Shown: piece after piece, positions 55,426 to 63,010 of the stretch | How positions within the stretch are numbered: position 1 is the first letter of the stretch | Layout: each line of letters starts with the position of its first letter | NCBI GenBank assembly: GCA_007134525.1 | Contig: SLKR01000019.1 | Span: 1-63,010 of the forward strand | Direction: 5' to 3' | DNA length: 63,010 nucleotides | DNA from: Bacteroidales bacterium | GTDB lineage: Bacteria > Bacteroidota > Bacteroidia > Bacteroidales > UBA7960 | Program-made: the position numbers and the translations under genes | The notes under the pieces: model-generated | Told to the model about the DNA's origin: nothing | What the model saw: only the letters and a program-made list of their open reading frames with translations | The model's database searches: none

Positions 55426-55665
55426 ATGATTATTATACGTGTTTTGATGGCCCTTTATATGGGTTTACTGACGGTTATGACCACAGTTGCCCAGCGTCCC
55501 ACGCATATTCCCGGTGAAGATGAACCCCTGAAGGTTTTCGAATCGGCAGAGAATATTATTTTTTACCTGGTATTGCCGGTTATAATTATAGTACTCTATA
55601 TTATATGGCGCAGGAGGCTTAACAGGGAGAAAGAGAAAAAGAATGGGGCCGGGAAAAACAGATAA
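55426..55665 (+). CDS. 79-aa membrane protein of unknown function, last gene of the znu-like operon
   Basis: The ORF has a signal peptide ending VAQ, a short ectodomain, one helix (IIFYLVLPVIIIVLYIIW) and a basic tail. It starts 3 nt after the znuB stop. Confidence 0.55.
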   Translation: MIIIRVLMALYMGLLTVMTTVAQRPTHIPGEDEPLKVFESAENIIFYLVLPVIIIVLYIIWRRRLNREKEKKNGAGKNR

Positions 55666-55692
55666 AGTATTAACAAAAAAAATTTACTGATA

Positions 55693-56364
55693 ATGGCAGA
55701 ACACAAAGTAAAGATCAAATCTATCGAAAATGTAACTCATGATACTTTGAGGATTGTTACGGAAAAACCGGGTGGTTACAGCTTTACTCCTGGTCAGGCC
55801 ACGGAGATTGCCATCAACAAGAATGGATGGCAGAACGAGAAACGCCCATTTACTTTTACCTCCCTTCCGGAGGATCCTGACCTGGAGTTTATCATAAAGA
55901 CATATCCTGAGCACGAAGGCGCCACTGATAAACTTCTTGAAGTTTCAGAAGGTGATGAGCTGATACTGGACGAGGTTTTCGGGACCATCAATTACAGGGG
56001 GGAGGGATTGTTTATTGCAGGTGGTGCGGGTATAACACCTTTTATTGCAATACTCCGCGACCTGCATAAAAAGGAAGCCCTGGGCATGAACAGGCTCATA
56101 TTTGCAAACAAGACCCAAAAGGATATAATTTTAAAGGATGAACTCGAAGAACTTTTGGAAGGGCGTTTAGTACACATACTTTCTGATGAGAAAACAGAGG
56201 GCCATGCCCATGGGTTTATCGATAAGGACTTTCTGGCCGAACACATAGGTGCCGGGGAAAACTACTTTTACCTTTGCGGGCCGCCCCCGATGATGGATGC
56301 AGTGGAAAAGAACCTGTTTGACCTTGGTGTAAAGAAAGAGAACATTATAAAAGAGGGTTGGTGA
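55693..56364 (+). CDS. ferredoxin-NADP reductase-like FAD/NAD(P)-binding oxidoreductase
   Basis: The 223-aa ORF has the FAD motif RPFTFTS, the NAD motif GGAGITPF and a C-terminal YLCGPPPM. Confidence 0.82.
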   Translation: MAEHKVKIKSIENVTHDTLRIVTEKPGGYSFTPGQATEIAINKNGWQNEKRPFTFTSLPEDPDLEFIIKTYPEHEGATDKLLEVSEGDELILDEVFGTINYRGEGLFIAGGAGITPFIAILRDLHKKEALGMNRLIFANKTQKDIILKDELEELLEGRLVHILSDEKTEGHAHGFIDKDFLAEHIGAGENYFYLCGPPPMMDAVEKNLFDLGVKKENIIKEGW

Positions 56365-57598
56365 TGTCTCCGGCCGAAATTACCCCCGATCCAATACATT
56401 CACGGTTATGCGATGCAGACCGGCCGTCTTCCTGTGATATGTAGAAGGCCGCATATTGTCCGGGAGCTACTCCTCTTTGTGGCTCCTCAAATAAAACATA
56501 AAGACCCTCGCCGGTCATTATAAGCCTTGACCTTACAAGGGGTTGACGGTGTCTGATACGCACCAGGCATTCTGTTTTTTCGCCGGGTTTTAAGCTGAAA
56601 GAATTTCTGATCCAGTGAATATCTTCAGGGGCAATAAACAGGCCTGGCCGCAGAAGTCCCGGATGGTCATCGCCCATGCCGGTATAGACAATGTTATTTT
56701 CGGTATCTGTTGAAATAACATATAGAGGCTCACTTGTGCCTCCGATGTTCAACCCTTTGCGCTGACCTATTGTGAAGTAATGGGCCCCGTTGTGACTTCC
56801 TGCCAAACTTCCCTGTTCCGGTTTGTATTTTTGTGGCAGGCAGAGGGATTTTAGTTCCACGGTATCAGATAACTGTCCTGTGGTTTTTCTTTGCTCTGAA
56901 ATGACCTGCGGGGGGATCAGTATTATGTCACCTTCCCTTGGTTTGAGTTTCTGCTTTAAAAAGTCAGGTAACTTAACCTTACCGACAAAACAGAGGCCCT
57001 GGCTGTCTTTTTTTTCTGCCGTTACAAGATCCGCCTCCCTGGCGATTGCCCTTACCTCTTCTTTTTTGAGGTGCCCTATCGGGAACATTGCATGCTTTAG
57101 CTGATGCTGGTTGAGCTGGCACAGAAAGTAGCTTTGGTCCTTGTTTCCGTCAACTCCCTGTATCAATCTGTACTCAGAGCCGTTTGCATTATTTATTTCC
57201 TTCTTCCTGCAATAGTGGCCTGTGGCAACATGATCCGCACCAAGACTTTTTGCCGCTTTTAAAAGCAGGTCAAACTTTATCTCCCGGTTGCATAGTATAT
57301 CAGGATTTGGGGTTCTTCCTGATTCATATTCAGAGAACATATACCCTACTATTCGTTCACGGTATTCCTTGCTGAAATCGATCACGTGAAACGGAATGCC
57401 TAGCCTGTCTGCCACAAGCATTGCATCGGTGCTGTCTTCAACCCAGGGGCATTGATTGTTTATGGTAACAGAACTGTCGTGCCAGTTTTTCATGAAAACA
57501 CCTGACACCTGGTAGCCCCTGCGGGTCAGCAGGTAGGCGGCTACTGAGCTGTCAACACCTCCGGAGAGACCAATTACGACCCTTTCTTTTCTTCCCAT
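56345..57598 (-). CDS. mnmA: tRNA 2-thiouridine(34) synthase MnmA (long form)
   Basis: The 417-aa ORF has the PP-loop GLSGGVDSSV, RTPNPDILCN, DQSYFL and GQRKGL. It carries extra segments relative to the E. coli enzyme. Confidence 0.93.
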   Translation of the reverse strand: MGRKERVVIGLSGGVDSSVAAYLLTRRGYQVSGVFMKNWHDSSVTINNQCPWVEDSTDAMLVADRLGIPFHVIDFSKEYRERIVGYMFSEYESGRTPNPDILCNREIKFDLLLKAAKSLGADHVATGHYCRKKEINNANGSEYRLIQGVDGNKDQSYFLCQLNQHQLKHAMFPIGHLKKEEVRAIAREADLVTAEKKDSQGLCFVGKVKLPDFLKQKLKPREGDIILIPPQVISEQRKTTGQLSDTVELKSLCLPQKYKPEQGSLAGSHNGAHYFTIGQRKGLNIGGTSEPLYVISTDTENNIVYTGMGDDHPGLLRPGLFIAPEDIHWIRNSFSLKPGEKTECLVRIRHRQPLVRSRLIMTGEGLYVLFEEPQRGVAPGQYAAFYISQEDGRSASHNRECIGSGVISAGDITNPLL

Positions 57599-57673
57599 TG
57601 TCAGACATTTATTACCAGGTGTAAACAGATTATGCCCGTTTTTGTTGAAAGAACCCTGATCGATTAAATTGTT

Positions 57674-57681
57674 TAAATTTG
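57674..57681 (+). promoter_or_regulatory. -7 promoter box TAAATTTG for the endonuclease gene
   Basis: The sequence matches TAnnTTTG and overlaps the ORF-track start at 57679. It lies 43 nt upstream of ATG 57724. Confidence 0.45.
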
Positions 57682-57723
57682 TCTGCGATCTGCCGCTTTT
57701 TCATTTCCAATTGTCCGATAAAA

Positions 57724-59160
57724 ATGAGCAAATACCCCGTCAGACCTGCAGTACTTTTAATTTTCCTTTTAAAACTGTTGACCTTACAGGCCTTTGCACA
57801 GCCAAAAGTTTCGCTTCCGGACGAAGGTATGCCGGATTTCAGAGAGGTATACACGGGGTACTTTTCTGATGTACAGTTTTATGTTCTGGTCGCTGAGGAC
57901 GCAGAATCAAATCTTGTACTGAAAGCCGAAGGCCCTTTCAGGATTTCTCTCGGCTGTTATGAGGGTTTTACGGACTCTCTGTTAATAGATGCAGAAAAAG
58001 GCAAAATTGAAGAAACAATATATGTAAGGTTCTTTCCTGAAAGCACCGGACATTTTGAAGGTGAGATAAAACATATATCGGGCAACAATGTTGTTGCCAG
58101 TCTTGCACTAAGCGGCCGGGGAATAGAGACCAGCATACCTGATGGTTACTACGATGCTGCAACAGGCAACGGCAGTGAGCTCAAAACCCGCCTGCACAGC
58201 ATAATCAGAGGACATAATGTACAGTCATACTCATCTTTATGGGAACACTTTTATGTTACCGATGCAACCTTCGGCGGGTATGTCTGGGATATTTACTCCG
58301 ATATCCCCTGCGGGGATCCGCCCTACATCTATGTTTTCGGCGACGATCAGGATACAGGCACCGGAGGTCATCACAACGAGGGGGAAGTTTACAACCGGGA
58401 GCACTCAATGCCAAGGTCATGGTTTGGCGGTGCTGTCAACCCTATGAATACAGATCTTTTCCACATATTTCCCGTTGATAAGTTCGTAAATGCACAAAGA
58501 GACAACTTCCCTTTCGGGGAAGTCGATGACCCCTTCTGGACTTCGCTGAACGGCGGAAGGCTGGGGCCCAACACTGCAGGGGATTATTCCGGGACGGCTT
58601 TTGAACCTGTTGATGAATACAAGGGTGACCTTGCCCGCGCTTTCTTTTATATGATCACCCGGTACCAGGACCTTATCATTGACTGGACTTACAATGAGTA
58701 TGGAAATGCAATGTTAGACCACAACCCCTATCCTGGATACCGTAGCTGGGTTATTGATATGCTTGCAGGATGGCACCGGGATGACCCGGTCAGCCAGAAA
58801 GAGAGATTGCGGAATCAGGCAGTGTATGAGATACAGGGTAACCGCAATCCCTTTGTTGACCACCCTGAAATGGTTGAAAGGATTTGGGGCGATACTACAC
58901 TATACACCAGTTCACTGCAGGATGCCACGGGCAGAATGCATATTTACCCGAACCCTGCAAGCGATGATCTGGTGGTTGATCTTGGAGGCGAGGAGATAAT
59001 TGTTCTGGAGGTTTATAATGCGGCCGGTGTTCTGATTAAAAGGAGGGAGCCTGCATCGCCCAGTTTCACCCTTAACCTTAAAGGCTTTCCGCAAGGCAGG
59101 TATTTGCTGGTTGCTACCTCAAAATGGTCGGTTTACAGGGAAAATATAATCAAACTGTAG
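57724..59160 (+). CDS. secreted endonuclease I family nuclease with T9SS C-terminal sorting domain
   Basis: I trimmed the ORF to ATG 57724, which gives the signal peptide MSKYPVRPAVLLIFLLKLLTLQAFAQ. The endonuclease I motifs are NREHSMPRSW, DLFHIFPVD, KGDLARAFFYM and GNRNPFVDHPE. The C-terminal segment IYPNPASDDLVV...GRYLLV resembles a type A sorting domain. Confidence 0.88.
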   Translation: MSKYPVRPAVLLIFLLKLLTLQAFAQPKVSLPDEGMPDFREVYTGYFSDVQFYVLVAEDAESNLVLKAEGPFRISLGCYEGFTDSLLIDAEKGKIEETIYVRFFPESTGHFEGEIKHISGNNVVASLALSGRGIETSIPDGYYDAATGNGSELKTRLHSIIRGHNVQSYSSLWEHFYVTDATFGGYVWDIYSDIPCGDPPYIYVFGDDQDTGTGGHHNEGEVYNREHSMPRSWFGGAVNPMNTDLFHIFPVDKFVNAQRDNFPFGEVDDPFWTSLNGGRLGPNTAGDYSGTAFEPVDEYKGDLARAFFYMITRYQDLIIDWTYNEYGNAMLDHNPYPGYRSWVIDMLAGWHRDDPVSQKERLRNQAVYEIQGNRNPFVDHPEMVERIWGDTTLYTSSLQDATGRMHIYPNPASDDLVVDLGGEEIIVLEVYNAAGVLIKRREPASPSFTLNLKGFPQGRYLLVATSKWSVYRENIIKL

Positions 59161-59214
59161 TAATTACCCGGATTTGACTAAATTTATAACCGGATAACCA
59201 AAAAAAATGATATC

Positions 59215-59397
59215 ATGGGAAAAGATGTACATGAAAGTGGGTCTGCCAGTGCCGTATACGGACTTGGGTTCATAGGTGCCCTCATATATTTTATTTCTAC
59301 TGCAGCCACTTTCTGGGCAGGAGTTCTGGGGGTGCTCAAAGCCATAGTATGGCCGGCATTTTTAGTTTTCGGGGCATTGAAACACCTGGGGCTCTGA
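59215..59397 (+). CDS. 60-aa two-helix membrane protein of unknown function
   Basis: The ORF has two Gly/Ala-rich hydrophobic helices (YGLGFIGALIYFI, VLGVLKAIVWPAFLVFGAL). It is co-oriented with the downstream UXS gene, 23 nt upstream of it. Confidence 0.5.
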   Translation: MGKDVHESGSASAVYGLGFIGALIYFISTAATFWAGVLGVLKAIVWPAFLVFGALKHLGL

Positions 59398-59420
59398 TTT
59401 ATAACTGAAAAATATAACAG

Positions 59421-60380
59421 ATGAAGTGTATTCTGGTAACAGGGGGTGCAGGCTTTATTGGATCCCATCTGTGCGAAAGATTGCTGAATGAAGGCAACGA
59501 GGTCATCTGCCTTGATAATTTTTTTACCGGCCGTAAGGATAATATCATCCACCTTATGGACAACCACCATTTTGAGCTGGTACGCCATGATATAACCCGT
59601 GAGATATTCCTTGAGGTGGATCAGATATACAATCTTGCCTGTCCTGCCTCTCCGATACACTATCAGTACAACCCCATAAAAACTGTCAAGACCAATGTAA
59701 TGGGGGCAGTCAATATGCTGGGTATGGCAAAGCGGATCAGGGCAAAGATACTTCAGGCATCTACCAGTGAGGTTTACGGCGACCCGATGGTGCACCCGCA
59801 GAACGAAGAATACTGGGGTAATGTAAACCCTGTTGGCAAGCGTTCATGCTATGATGAAGGGAAGCGCTGTGCTGAGACCCTCTTTATGGACTATCATAAC
59901 CAGAATGGCGTAATAATCAAAATAGTAAGGATATTCAACACTTACGGGCCGAGAATGCTGCCTGACGACGGCAGGGTGGTTTCAAATTTTATAATACAGG
60001 CACTTAAGGGTCAGGATATAACGATTTACGGAGATGGTTCACACACCAGGAGTTTTCAGTACGTAGACGACCTGTTGGAGGGAATGCTCAGGTTTATGGA
60101 CACACCGGATGTGATAACCGGGCCGATAAACATTGGCAATGAAAATGAGTTCAGAATCAAGGAGCTTGCAGATGTCATAATTGAGATGACAGGCTCAGGA
60201 TCACGGATCAAATATCTGCCTCTGCCTGATAATGATCCGGTAAGGCGCAGGCCCGACACCTCGTATGCACGAGAGCTGATTGACTGGGAGGCAGGCGTTG
60301 ACCTCAGGGAGGGTCTGAAAAAGACAATAGCTTATTTTGAGCGGCTGCTAACTTCGGGCAAAAAATTCAGGAGCGTATAA
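59421..60380 (+). CDS. UDP-glucuronate decarboxylase (UDP-xylose synthase)-like SDR
   Basis: The 319-aa ORF has [10 protein letters not shown], catalytic YDEGKR (YxxxK) and high overall similarity in pattern to UXS enzymes. Confidence 0.9.
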   Translation: MKCILVTGGAGFIGSHLCERLLNEGNEVICLDNFFTGRKDNIIHLMDNHHFELVRHDITREIFLEVDQIYNLACPASPIHYQYNPIKTVKTNVMGAVNMLGMAKRIRAKILQASTSEVYGDPMVHPQNEEYWGNVNPVGKRSCYDEGKRCAETLFMDYHNQNGVIIKIVRIFNTYGPRMLPDDGRVVSNFIIQALKGQDITIYGDGSHTRSFQYVDDLLEGMLRFMDTPDVITGPINIGNENEFRIKELADVIIEMTGSGSRIKYLPLPDNDPVRRRPDTSYARELIDWEAGVDLREGLKKTIAYFERLLTSGKKFRSV

Positions 60381-61089
60381 TATTATCCCTTAGCCCGGCA
60401 AGTGCGCTTAGGTATTTACTTATAAAGTATTCCTTATCCCTTGATCTGTACTGCATAATGTACCTGGGATGTTCAAGGGGCACAATTTTTTTGAAAAAAC
60501 GGTGCTTTTCGTTTAAACTGCTGAGGTACCTGAAGTTTTTCCCCGATCCCAGGCATAGGGCGGTGTCTGTATATATGCCCAGGGCGATGTGTTCCTTTAT
60601 GCATCTTGCCATAAAACCTTCAAGGGCATCCTGCAGCTCCCTGCTGTCATAGTAGTTGAAGTTCAGCTCCCTGCCGTCCTCTGTCTTTTTGACGAAACCC
60701 AGCGGGCTGGGCGAATTTATATAAAAGTCCCTGAAGAACTTGCATACACCGCCATATGCATCTATCACCTCGTAAACGAAAACTGAAGATGGCTCATGTG
60801 TTTTCAGTCCGGTGATTCCGAGGCCGCATTTCTCCTCCAGCCTTTTGGTGTCGGTAAATGGTATACCGGTTACCCCGGCACCAAACCTTCCCGGATTTAT
60901 ACCAAGCAAAAGATGCCTTTTCCTGTTGTCGTTATAGTATTTTCTGTAAAAGGCAGAGGATGTTGTTAGTGCCGCAGGATTCCCGGCAAAGGGATTCATC
61001 GCCCTTATGTTGCCCGGGAGCCTTTCCTCAAGCTTGAGTTTTTCATTAAAGGAGATTACCCTGTCTGCAAATGTTTCATTCTTACACAT
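60367..61089 (-). CDS. uracil-DNA glycosylase superfamily protein, DUF4918/SMUG2-like
   Basis: The ORF track gives 60367-61167. I prefer ATG 61089 ([11 protein letters not shown]...) on size grounds, but ATG 61167 remains possible. The motif is [21 protein letters not shown]. Confidence 0.72.
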   Translation of the reverse strand: MCKNETFADRVISFNEKLKLEERLPGNIRAMNPFAGNPAALTTSSAFYRKYYNDNRKRHLLLGINPGRFGAGVTGIPFTDTKRLEEKCGLGITGLKTHEPSSVFVYEVIDAYGGVCKFFRDFYINSPSPLGFVKKTEDGRELNFNYYDSRELQDALEGFMARCIKEHIALGIYTDTALCLGSGKNFRYLSSLNEKHRFFKKIVPLEHPRYIMQYRSRDKEYFISKYLSALAGLRDNIIRS

Positions 61090-61172
61090 AGAAAAATTTT
61101 TGGGTTGAAAGCCGCTTTTTCTTATATTGCGGTAAACATGGATATATAAAGATGATTTCCTTGTCATTACAG

Positions 61173-61180
61173 CAAAAATA
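61173..61180 (-). promoter_or_regulatory. -7 promoter box (TATTTTTG on the minus strand) for the DUF4918 gene
   Basis: The plus-strand sequence CAAAAATA lies 5 nt upstream of ATG 61167 and about 84 nt upstream of ATG 61089. Confidence 0.4.
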
Positions 61181-61200
61181 AAATATAAAAAAACAATGCC

Positions 61201-62667
61201 ATGAGTGAAAAGAAGAAAAAACTGACAACTGCATCAGGAATTCCTTATGCAAAACATGAAGACAGCATGACCGTTGGCCCGCGCGGCCCTGTTCTTCTCC
61301 AGGACTATGTGCTGCACGAAAAAATGGCTCACTTTAACCGCGAGCGCATACCCGAGCGTGTTGTACATGCAAAGGGAACGGGTGCCTTCGGGGTATTCAG
61401 GGTAACCCATGATATAAGCAGGTATACCCGGGCAAAACTATTCAGCAAAGTAGGTAATGAATGCCCGGTATTCGTGCGTTTCTCCACAGTAGGGGGCGAA
61501 AAGGGCAGTGCCGATACAGAACGTGACCCGCGTGGTTTTGCAATGAAATTCTATACGGAAGAGGGCAACTGGGACCTTGTCGGCAACAACACTCCGGTAT
61601 TCTTTATAAAGGATCCCAAAAAGTTCAGCGATTTTATACACACCCAGAAGAGAAATCCCAAGACTAACCTGAAGGATGCCGCAATGTTCTGGGATTTTCT
61701 TAGCCTAAATCCTGAAAGTATGCACCAGGTTATGATTTTGTTCAGCGACAGGGGTACTCCTTACAGCTACCGGAATATGAACGGTTATGGCAGCCATACT
61801 TTCAGTATGATCAACGATAGTGATGAAAGGATATGGGTCAAGTTCCATGTCAAGACCAGGCAGGGGATAAAGAACTTCACCGGACCGGAGGCTGAAGAGA
61901 TGAAGGGCAAGGATCCTGACTGGGCTCAGGGAGACCTTGTAAAGGCAATTGAAAAAGGTGACTATCCGAAATGGACAATGAATATACAGGTTATGACCCA
62001 GGGGCAGGCAAAGAAATTCAAGTGGAACCCCTTTGACCTTACCAAGGTGTGGCCCCATTCAGATTTCCCACTTGTTGAAGTGGGAGAGATGGAACTGAAC
62101 AAGATACCGGAGAACTATTTCAGGGATGTTGAGCAGGCGGCTTTTGCTCCCTCGCATGTGGTTGACGGCATTGGCTACTCATTTGACAAGATGCTTCAGG
62201 GGCGCCTGCTCTCATACCCGGACGCACACCGCTACCGCCTTGGAGCCAATTACGAACAGATACCCGTAAACAGACCCCTGAACAAAGTCAACAACTATGA
62301 GAGGGATGCTTTTATGAGAGTTGACGACAATGGAGGCGGAAACCCTAACTACTTTCCGAATAGTTTTGACAATATTGAGCCCGACCATAAATACAAGGAG
62401 CCTCCGATGAAACTTGAATCCGATATTGCCGACTGGTACGACCGCAACGAGAATGATGACGACCACTATACCCAGCCTGGCATACTGTTTGAAAAGGTGA
62501 TGACTGATTCTGAAAGAAAGAATACTATAAACAACTTTGTGGGCCACATGAAGGGGATAGCGGGCCCCAGGAGGGAAGAGATAATAAAGCGCCAGCTGGG
62601 GCATTTTTACAAGACGAGCAAAATGCTTGGTGATGCGGTATCTGAGGGACTTGGAGTGAAGATGTAG
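61201..62667 (+). CDS. monofunctional haem catalase (small-subunit type)
   Basis: The 488-aa ORF has the motifs FNRERIPERVVHAKG, RDPRGFA and RLLSYPDAHRYRLG. Confidence 0.96.
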   Translation: MSEKKKKLTTASGIPYAKHEDSMTVGPRGPVLLQDYVLHEKMAHFNRERIPERVVHAKGTGAFGVFRVTHDISRYTRAKLFSKVGNECPVFVRFSTVGGEKGSADTERDPRGFAMKFYTEEGNWDLVGNNTPVFFIKDPKKFSDFIHTQKRNPKTNLKDAAMFWDFLSLNPESMHQVMILFSDRGTPYSYRNMNGYGSHTFSMINDSDERIWVKFHVKTRQGIKNFTGPEAEEMKGKDPDWAQGDLVKAIEKGDYPKWTMNIQVMTQGQAKKFKWNPFDLTKVWPHSDFPLVEVGEMELNKIPENYFRDVEQAAFAPSHVVDGIGYSFDKMLQGRLLSYPDAHRYRLGANYEQIPVNRPLNKVNNYERDAFMRVDDNGGGNPNYFPNSFDNIEPDHKYKEPPMKLESDIADWYDRNENDDDHYTQPGILFEKVMTDSERKNTINNFVGHMKGIAGPRREEIIKRQLGHFYKTSKMLGDAVSEGLGVKM

Positions 62668-62704
62668 CCCCGTATCCTTTTTATATTTATAATATACCCG
62701 GTAA

Positions 62705-63010
62705 ATGGAGAAAAGGCAGAATGAGATAGCTATACGGCTTTTTCGTGTTTTGGCGGCTGTTTCTCCGCTTGTCGTTATAATAATTGCACTTCTTGTTATT
62801 GCCGGCTGGATTTTTGATATTGACCTGCTAAAAAGTATACGCCCCCACTATGTGAGCATGAAACCCAATACCGCTCTGGGTATTTTGTCCGGAGGGGTTT
62901 CCCTGTGGCTGCTTACCGGGCTGAAGGGGTTAAGATACAGGCGTCTTCTCTCACGCTTGTTTGCCTTTTTTGTATTGCTCATAGGTCTTTTCAGCCTTCT
63001 GCAATATCTA
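62705..63010 (+). CDS. 5' part of a membrane sensor protein gene (runs off the window)
   Basis: The reading frame is open for 102 codons from ATG 62705: MEKRQNEIAIRLFRVLAAVSPLVVIIIALLVIAGWIFDIDLLKSIRPHYVSMKPNTALGILSGGVSLWLL... This pattern is typical of N-terminal membrane sensor modules of PAS/histidine-kinase proteins. Confidence 0.5.
   Translation, partial: MEKRQNEIAIRLFRVLAAVSPLVVIIIALLVIAGWIFDIDLLKSIRPHYVSMKPNTALGILSGGVSLWLLTGLKGLRYRRLLSRLFAFFVLLIGLFSLLQYL

Noticed and set aside
1-63010. I looked for CRISPR arrays, transposases, integrases, phage genes, toxin-antitoxin pairs or known defence systems.
   Set aside because: No direct-repeat and spacer architecture, no terminal inverted repeats flanking genes and no recombinase-like, nuclease-NTPase or abortive-infection-like ORFs were recognisable. 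The tRNA-Leu has no adjacent integrase or duplicated 3' half.

Overview
The window is a 63-kb stretch of what looks like a Bacteroidota chromosome. This is inferred from many TAnnTTTG -7 promoter boxes, a type IX secretion C-terminal sorting domain, a CarboxypepD_reg-type TonB-dependent receptor, archaeal-type ProRS, and the prs-rplY-pth and sufBCDSE-sufT gene orders. I can support about 63 protein genes and one tRNA-Leu(CAA). I see no rRNA, CRISPR array, transposase, integrase, prophage or recognisable defence or toxin-antitoxin genes. Most of the content is housekeeping: HU, SSB, LpxK, ProRS, AsnRS, RpoN, RecG, the Suf operon, GcvH, FBA, SOD, catalase, Prs/L25/Pth and MnmA. Accessory modules are a 4-gene hydroxyproline catabolic operon, an ArnC/ArnT-like glycolipid module, a TonB-receptor plus His-rich lipoprotein pair, a ZnuABC-like operon, a secreted endonuclease I and an OmpR-type two-component system. 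I do not see an unambiguous novel multi-gene system. The best leads are listed here. (1) A FadL-like barrel is paired with a 565-aa lipoprotein made of a block that is about 27 percent tyrosine and a roughly 310-aa Arg/Ser/Thr/Gly tail containing tandem repeats. (2) An in-frame TAG sits exactly on the conserved Gln of the first LAB_N repeat of a 2xLAB_N-ArnT fusion. (3) An AmmeMemoRadiSam radical-SAM/Memo pair lacks AMMECR1 and is translationally coupled to a Tag-like DNA glycosylase. (4) A 0.5-kb region upstream of the TonB-dependent receptor is either a His/Cys-rich small membrane ORF or a long leader. (5) Several micro-ORFs are missing from the ORF track, including a 29-aa bS22-like basic peptide and small membrane ORFs bracketing the znu operon. 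All family assignments come from motif recognition by eye, with no database search run.
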